A stretch of 61,944 nucleotides of DNA, the filler included. It is 16 parts of 16 records of this genome, joined end to end, with 100 filler letters (N's around TTAATTAATTAA, not from the genome) between each part and the next. Parts side by side here need not be neighbours in the genome. Positions count along the whole stretch, not along the records: positions 54,813 to 58,008 come from SRR7504441_137157; positions 58,109 to 61,944 come from SRR7504441_137264; 14 more parts are not named here. The stretch is one strand, 5' to 3'. Each line of letters starts with the position of its first letter. Position 1 is the stretch's first letter. The translations under genes and the position numbers were made by a program. The notes below the pieces were generated by a model. The model worked only from the letters and a program-made list of their open reading frames with translations. It ran no database searches and had not been told where the DNA came from. Below, piece after piece: positions 54,813 to 61,944 of the stretch.

Positions 54813-57800
54813 AGTACACCCGTCGATTCAGTTAGGTTGAGAAGGGCTTCCAAGTGCATTTGACAGACATCGGTCGCTGTTTGCGGAGACGGCGAAGTAC
54901 GTGTGCCGTGATTCATGATGTTGAAATCCACTCCCGCACTGACAAGCCCATCACAGAGATCTCCAATATTATGAAGAAAGAATACCGGTAAGGGCACCAG
55001 ATTCGTTTCCGCTTGGGGAATACCACCAAGACGCTTAGAGATCTCCAAGACGCTTAAAAAGGACTGAATGAGGGCACCATCTTGCGAGCGTTCCATAGGG
55101 GAGAGCTCGGCTAGCGATGAGGGAACGTGCCACCATCCCCTGCTACCACCAGGTCCTCCTCCAGGCGAGACCATTGCATGAAGAATGCTTCCACCACGGG
55201 CATAAGGATTCCGGCAATGGACGAAAGCACCATCCGAAATGGCGTCACGAGCTGCTGCTGCATCTCCAGCTCTGCATGCGTGCCAAAGTCGCTGGTTTGG
55301 ACTTGATCTTACTCTATTGAGGAATGTTGCATCCACCTCGGCGAATGGATGGATGCTGTAGATGTAATTCTTAGGCCCATCGAATACAGTCAATTTGGTC
55401 CAGTCCAATCCTAATGTATTACCTGTTGAAAGCTGTGGCAGACAGGCAAAGGGCTGCGTTTGTTCAGAGGGCCTGGGGAACTTGACTGAGACTACGGCAG
55501 CGTTGATCAATACATCAGCTTGAGCTGCCTCACCGGGTGATCCTTGCATAGTCTGTGCGTCTGCTATATGCCTGGACCAGAAAGCTCCGCATTCTTTGCT
55601 TACCTCCCAGCTATTGGCATAGCTGTACTCCAGAGTCGATATACCACTCATTTGGAAAGGAGTCCGCCACTCATTGTCAAATGTCCACTTGATTCCTCCG
55701 TAACGTATCAGCTGATTTGCAGCATACTCGAGTTCGTCGGCGGTAGAACCGGTCCGAGTTGCAGCCGTAGGTCGACTGAACTCAAGCACATGGTGCCACA
55801 ACTGCATACTTAGTGGGCCCAAGACATTGTTGTCAGGACGAAGCAGAGTGTGCCTTACAAGCAGCTCGAGCAGTGGCAGGTGGCTACCGACACGATCGTC
55901 GGTGGCAAGGCACTCAGCCAGATGCATTGCGCCTGCGCGTGTAGCTGCTTCAATGACATGGGCTCTACTGCTATCACTGTTGTTGATTGTCACACACTGC
56001 TTCAATGTCACGACCAGATCACAACTGTGCGAGACAAACTTGTTGTCCGGAACTGTGGACCCTTTGCAGTAGACACGACAATACCTGAATCGCACTGGTG
56101 CATTGATAGGAGGCATGGGGCTCTGATAACAGAGCCTGAGCTGAATGGCCTCAGCGTTGGAGCTTGGGTCTTCATTCTGATTGTGCAAGTCTCCAACGAG
56201 CATGACTGCTTCACTGGCTTCGGGGAGCCTACTCAAGTCCCACAAAATGCAACCCTGCAGACCGTTGTGGATGTCACCACCGGTTGCTTCCAAGACCTTC
56301 CATGAACAAGGCATACAAATAGTCAGAATGGCACAGGCTAGCCACCCCTGCCCTTCTGCAGGAGCAGTCCAAGCTCTATTCTTGACCTTGATGCAGGCTG
56401 CACGTGCGCAACTCTCGCATTGCATTGTCATCGGCAGCTGATCGACCTCGAGCCTACCATCGAGGTCAAACTGGGCCATCTCTGCAGATGGAGCGCCCCA
56501 GGCCACACTGCAGATCATAAGCGCCTCGTCAGTAGTGTTTGACTGGGCCATGGCTGGCTGCTCTCCGCGCACTACGGGCTTCTCTTGCCTCTTGTGTAGA
56601 GCGGCAGGGTGATAGAGAGGAATGCTTCTACGTGGGGCCAACATCGCATTTAAGCATAATTTATGCTGGCATGCCGACGGATGACCAGGCCCTACGATGG
56701 TAGCTCTGACTTGCCCTTGCTGCACGTATGTCCGATTTGTGTAGCTGCTGCCATCTGGAGTTAGCGAGGCAGAGATGCTTTGACGAAGGTTCAAGAACGC
56801 CCAGCGACGGCTGAAGTTGCTCCACCCTTCATCTAACGGAACACCACCATTCGGTAGCTCAGCTGCCGCTTCAACTGCTGCACTGAATGCAGACATGAAG
56901 GCTACAAAGGAGGACGCTTCAAGGAAGCCTAGTGTAACCAAATGGTGCCGACGCTCCTCCAGTGCCCACTGGCGCTTCGGCGGCTTTGGACCTTTGGGCC
57001 TTTTGGGCCTAGGCGGTGGAGGGGATACTTTCTCAAAGACCCAATGGATGCCCGAGAGATATTCGTCCCAGCTCGAACTGCAAGCTTGAACATACCATTC
57101 CCTTCGACTCGGTTTGAAAAAATTACGGAGATCCATGATCGCAAATACTTCAGTGATGCTGCACGCCCCGGGAAGATCCGAATTGCCGGCCAGGATAAGC
57201 ATCGGCGGAGCGGGTGGCTCTAGAGTGGGCTCGGCCAGCTCGAGCATGTGCCTTGTGGCTTGCAAGTTAGCTCGATCTGACGCATCGACTAGCAGAATGA
57301 ATGCACTGGCGTTTCGTGTCTGTTCTATCGCATCTTGTAGACCTGATGGGTCTATCTCTGAGGGAATTTCCAGCATGGGGCAGTGGCACGAGTATTGAAC
57401 TCCTCTGGGATGGTCGTAACGGTATGTTACTGCGCCATCTGCAGCCTGCGCAGCCTTGGGCTGCTCAGCCATCTTATCTTGCAGCATTCTGTACCGCATA
57501 CAGCCCGCGAGGCCCATGAGCAGTACCTCCCCAATGTCGCGCTGCAGCGGCATCTCTTCCACCGTGGGATACTGCTCGCTGTCTTCATCTGTGTCCTCAC
57601 TGCTGCTAAAACTGCTGCTGTCGCTTTCTTCATCCACCGTGCCTAAGCGGCGGACTTCAGGCCCCTGCTGGTTCCTGTACGAGACGGTGTCCACAGTGGT
57701 GGACTCGGACTGCTTTAGGCCTTCGGTCTCCATGTAGCTGTACCGCTCAATCCCGAGGCACAACACCGGAGGCCCGTTGGCCGCAGGAAAGGGTGGTGTC

Positions 57801-57952
57801 AGTTGGATGGCTGCGTGGATCGCGATTTGCAGCGCTTCGTGTTCGGTGGTCTGATGTACCAGTTGCAGCGTTGGGGTTGGAGTGATGGTTGCCTCGCAAG
57901 CAACCCAGCCGGGGGAGCGCGGGTCCTGGCGGAACACCCGAATCGCTGACAT
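54813..57952 (-). CDS. Intronless multidomain protein: EVH1/PH-like segments, degenerate Arf-like GTPase, ankyrin-like repeat; 3'-truncated
   Basis: AFILLVDASDRANL..MLILAGNSDLPGA..REWYVQACS..GIHW (Arf C-half); LWHACRAGD..GAFVHCRN..GGSILH (ankyrin). Confidence 0.72.
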
Positions 57953-58212
57953 CAGTGACGCATCCGACTAGGACCAACCGGGAGGCGGAGGACCGATCAG
58001 CAACGCCANNNNNNNNNNNNNNNNNNNNNNNNNNNNNNNNNNNNNNNNNNNNTTAATTAATTAANNNNNNNNNNNNNNNNNNNNNNNNNNNNNNNNNNNN
58101 NNNNNNNNTAGAGGGTGCCTACTGTAATCTTAGGTATACAATAAACAATATTTCTACGGCTCTTGTGCGATTTTCGTTTCTTGCGAGATCGAGAGCTTAC
58201 GTACTTGCACCG

Positions 58213-59660
58213 ATGGGCTGTGTCAGCTCCAGCGAGCGGCCTGACACGATGCAGCGGCTGCCAGCCCGGCAGATGAACACCCCACCGGCCACCCCCAAAC
58301 CCAAGGCCCGCCCCCCGCTCCAGCCCCTGCCCCAGGGCCCCTGCTGGTTCCAGCCCATCGAGGACGCCCCCGCCCGGCCCTCACCAGCTAGCAACAGGCG
58401 CCGCCGGAGACGGGCCGCCGCCCAGGCCCTGCTGCACGCGCTAGAGACGGCTGAGCGAGGCCTAGTGAGCTTTGAGCTCTCGTCCGGGCTCGCCAGGCCG
58501 CTGCGGGAGCGAAGGCAGCGGCAGGCAGCCACCGAGGTCAAGTCAGTTCTCCGGGCCATGCTGACCAGGGCTGGCCGGGCCCAGGCTGCGGTGTGCGTGC
58601 AGAGCGTGGTCCGGGCGGCGCTGGGGCGGGCGGCTGCCATTGAGGCCGGCGCGAGTAGTCCCGGCGCGCCGACCACCGAGGAGAACGCTAGCAGTCCTAG
58701 TGAGGAGCAGAGCCTCGAGTCTCTCCGCTTGCGGCTGAGCCGGATGCGGAGTGAGGCTGGCCGGGGGAGCTCGGGCGGGTCTCTGTTCGGGGCCAGGCTC
58801 GGGCTGGAGCGACTGCGGAGGAAGCAGCACTGGGAGCGGCGGGCGGCGGCCGAAGATGGAGCGCCGCCACAGGACTCGGAGGCGGGGAGCGGCCCGGTGA
58901 ACGAGGTGCTGAGCAAGCACAGCGAGGTGATGGACGGCGCGAATAGCTGTTTACGCGATAAGCTAGCCGAGCGCTCGAGGGAGCTGCACAAACAGCAGGA
59001 GGTGTGTGCCCCCGGGGGGGAGGGGGGGTGACGGTGGGTGGGCAGCAACATGCGGCCGCCATGCTGAGCCGGCAGCGGGAGCGGGCACAGAGCGACCTGC
59101 AGGCCGAGGCACGGAGAGAGGAGGCGCGAGCCCAAGCGGAACAGGACAGGCTTAGGCAGCGGCAGCAGCGGGCACGCGAGGAGCTTGAGCTGCGATGGGA
59201 GCGGGAGCGGCAGGAGAGGGAGCAGCGCGAGCAGCGGGACATGTTAGACGAGCTGGAGAGAGCCCAAAGGGAGTTGAGGAAACAGCACGAGGCCGCCAAG
59301 GCCAAGAGAGACTCGGAGCGCGAGGCTGCCAAGGCGAGGAGAGCTGGCGAGGCAAAGCAGGAGCGGGAGCGGCCAGTGCCGACGGTGGCGCGGGGGGTTG
59401 GCGGGTTTGAGGCGGCGGATGATGCCCGGTGGGAAGCGTTTGAATCGTGCGAGGCCGAGGCTATTGGACTGGCGGATGTGTCGTTCCCGGAGATTGGGAC
59501 AATGCGGTTCCGAGGGGCTAGTTTCAAGAAGCTGGCCAAGAGATGGCATCCGGACAAGTTTCTGCAGACATTCGGGGCGCGGTTGAAACCGGGCGAGCGG
59601 GAGGAGGTCATGCAGAGGGTCAAGGCGACCTTCCAGGCACTCAACGACAGCACCCGCTAG
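58213..59660 (+). CDS. Coiled-coil protein with an N-terminal MGC acylation motif and a C-terminal NFKBIL1-like/J-like HPD domain
   Basis: MGCVSS; intron 59002-59045 joins the ORFs; KRWHPDKFLQTFG..VMQRVKATFQALN. Confidence 0.72.
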
Positions 59661-59930
59661 AACTAAGTTACAAACTTTCAATTTGCTTTCAATTATTGAT
59701 TCAACTGATTGAAGGTGTTAAGGCGGGCACTAGTATGCGTACGTTATGCATGCCTATATGACTTGTCAAAGTAAATGCAACTTTAGCAAGGCTTAGCCGT
59801 CCCAGGCTTAGCCACCCGTGGGATCAACTCGCCAGCCCACTGACATGTGCATGTATGAATTGTACATAGTAATTATGTACGTACGGTACACTGATGATAA
59901 GTCATTCAAAGCTGAGTGCCAGCTCGCCGG

Positions 59931-60833
59931 ATGCACGCGTGCGAGAATGACTTCGTTGATAATGAGGTATGCCACCATGGGGAGTGCAGTGATGACCATG
60001 ATCCAGGCGGCCTTTCCTGTCAGGACTTTTCGTGGCTCCACCACTGGTTCTCCCTTGTGCGCCCCTTGCATGTCACCCTCGTCCAGTGCTAACAGGCACC
60101 CCTGGCAGTTGCGATTTTTGGAAGGAGCACATCATAACGTGGAAGGAGGGCAAGATTCTAATGTTGATGGTCTACCAATACATTGCGCTTGGGCCGGTTT
60201 CCTCTGTGATGAAAGTGTTTGCCAGCTACGGCGGTTCGTTTAATGCCGCCCCCCCGCCTCTCACTGCTCTGAGGCCAGCCGCCGGGGTGCGGCCCTCGGG
60301 CGGCTACCTTGCTGTCTCACACAGGGCTATAGGTGGAACTTCCGCCTGGTAGTGACGAGTACAAGCAGTTTCACGCAGCCGCCAAGATCCAGACCGGCCT
60401 GCGCGGGCGTTACGCCCGGCGCCGAGTGCGCAGGCTCCAGTCCGAGAGGAGGCGGCTGGTGCGGATGAGGTGTGCTGGTGGGTGCTGACGGGGGGCCCAC
60501 AGGAGGATGGCGTCGAGTACATGCAGGAGCACACCGAGGCGGCGCTCCGGGTGCAGCGGGCCCAGCGCGGCAAGCACTCCCGGATGCGAGTGCGCAGGCT
60601 GACCCGGGAGCAAGCTCGGCTGGTGGCTGGCCGAGGGCTCGGTGGGGGTGAGAGTGGGCGCAGGAGGCGGGCGGTTGGGATTACAGTTACATGGAAGAGA
60701 ACGCCGCGACCATCCTCCAGGTGGCGGCTGAGCGTTTGAGCGATTGACCTGTGGGCGGCAGGCGAGGCAGCGAGGGCAGCGAGGGAGGGCGAAGGCAAAC
60801 AACAAGCGAGCACAAATCGAGAAGTTCGGATGA
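59931..60833 (+). CDS. IQ-motif (calmodulin-binding) protein, about 6 introns; not visible as a single ORF
   Basis: Spliced exons give AAAKIQTGLRGRYARRRV, AALRVQRAQRGKHSRMRV and AATILQ-ARQRGQRGR; stop TGA 60831-60833; 5' exons less certain. Confidence 0.68.
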
Positions 60834-61013
60834 AGTGATCACCGTTGCGTGGCGATTCGGCGGCCAATAAAGCATGTAATCGCTGTTCAATTGATACAAC
60901 CCCGTTTACTATACGCTCAAAACTATCGTCTTGCTATAATTATCAAGGCCAGTGCACTACAGCCGGGCAAAGCTACGTACACCGGAACTATTGATCAGGC
61001 GATCGACTATTGA

Positions 61014-61944
61014 TCAAGCCACGTCCAAGTTGGACTGGGTGAAGTCGAGCATCGTGGCCCGCATCTCGCCGGTGCCAAACCAGCCACGGTCCTCCTCCCC
61101 CTCCACCACTAGCGCAGCGTTAAACATTGAGAGCAAAAACGCCGAATGCGCCGCAACAGCCAGCCTCCTCTCTGACCTGCCTGCCAGCCACCTCAAGAAG
61201 GCGGCTGCCCGTGCCGCCACAGCCGCGGTCTCCTCCCTGGTGACCCCATCGCCCCACAACGGGTCTTCCTCCTCGGTAATTAGGCTGTAGTCGACAACAG
61301 GGTACAATTGGGCCAATTCTGACCGGGGCAGCCTCTTATCGCAGGTGTGCCGCCCGCCCGTCTCGTGGCACAGCTCGTTGGCGATCACCGGCAGCGATCC
61401 CAGCTGGGCGTTGAAGGCCAGCAGTCCTGTTTGGGTCGCTCGCCGCAGCGGGGAGACCACCAATAGCTCGGGCTGGAGTGTGGCGGTACGGGCCTGCAGC
61501 CCCTCGGCCTGGCCTTGTCCCGTCGGGGTGAGCAGCGCATCGATGTACCGAAACTCAGGATCGTTGTCCACCGTGTACGGCTCGCTCTTCCCGTCCCAGC
61601 CCGGGTCAGCCCGCCACTCGCGCTGGATGGCATTGTGGTACCCTTCGCCGTGCCTGATGAAGTACACCAGCTTGTGCCCCGCAGGCGGATCCGCCTGGTC
61701 CGGGACGACAGCCCCGCGGACCGAGCCGATCTCAGACCGGGTGGCCGGCCCCACCGCCCGGAGCGCGGCCAGGTGGCCCGAGACTTCGGCCTTCTGGTGC
61801 GATTCTACCTTCTCAGGCTCGGTTGCTGCAGGCATGGATGACGGCATCGACAGCTCACTTGACGGCGCGGAGGCCCCGCGTGACTCGCCACTCAACACTT
61901 TCTTTGCCGCCGGGGACAGCGGAAACAGCAGCTGGGCCGGCGCG
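61014..61944 (-). CDS. Histidine phosphatase / phosphoglycerate mutase-like protein; frame open to the window edge
   Basis: YFIRHGEGYHN, DALLTPTG, VSPLRRATQT, AVAAHSAFL. Confidence 0.9.
   Translation of the reverse strand, partial: APAQLLFPLSPAAKKVLSGESRGASAPSSELSMPSSMPAATEPEKVESHQKAEVSGHLAALRAVGPATRSEIGSVRGAVVPDQADPPAGHKLVYFIRHGEGYHNAIQREWRADPGWDGKSEPYTVDNDPEFRYIDALLTPTGQGQAEGLQARTATLQPELLVVSPLRRATQTGLLAFNAQLGSLPVIANELCHETGGRHTCDKRLPRSELAQLYPVVDYSLITEEEDPLWGDGVTREETAAVAARAAAFLRWLAGRSERRLAVAAHSAFLLSMFNAALVVEGEEDRGWFGTGEMRATMLDFTQSNLDVA

Noticed and set aside
59540-59660. Canonical DnaJ chaperone
   Set aside because: HPD is present but helix I is missing; the context matches NFKBIL1-like C-termini better.
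59808-60071. Minus-strand membrane protein ORF
   Set aside because: It overlaps the better-supported spliced plus-strand IQ gene and AT-rich intergenic DNA.
131-61944. Alternative genetic code
   Set aside because: In-frame stops fall inside removable introns, and TAA, TAG and TGA all terminate conserved genes.

Overview
This is eukaryotic nuclear DNA, not prokaryotic. Sixteen short contigs (about 3-5 kb) are joined by 15 artificial 100-nt spacers (N44-TTAATTAATTAA-N44). The source looks like a gene-dense flagellated protist (CFAP69, Sfi1-like, BK-type channel, IP3R-like channel); I cannot name the lineage. It uses the standard code. Many genes are split by tiny spliceosomal introns (mostly 35-50 nt), which is why the ORF track is fragmented; I spliced the genes by eye. 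Main points: (1) a 71-nt, bulge-free 33-bp hairpin inside the only long intron of the K+ channel gene; (2) at least 5-8 GC-AG introns among roughly 100 traced; (3) unusual domain architectures: a pseudo-Arf GTPase apparently inserted in an EVH1/WH1-like fold, LCAT plus claudin-like, 2OG-oxygenase plus F-box, and U-box plus a membrane domain; (4) a PTS2-bearing HIBCH; (5) a perfect promoter inverted repeat upstream of a CobW/ZNG1-type zinc chaperone; (6) chimeric junctions that are probably amplification or assembly artefacts. No rRNA, tRNA, CRISPR array or transposase was recognised. Family assignments are from recalled motifs, not database searches.
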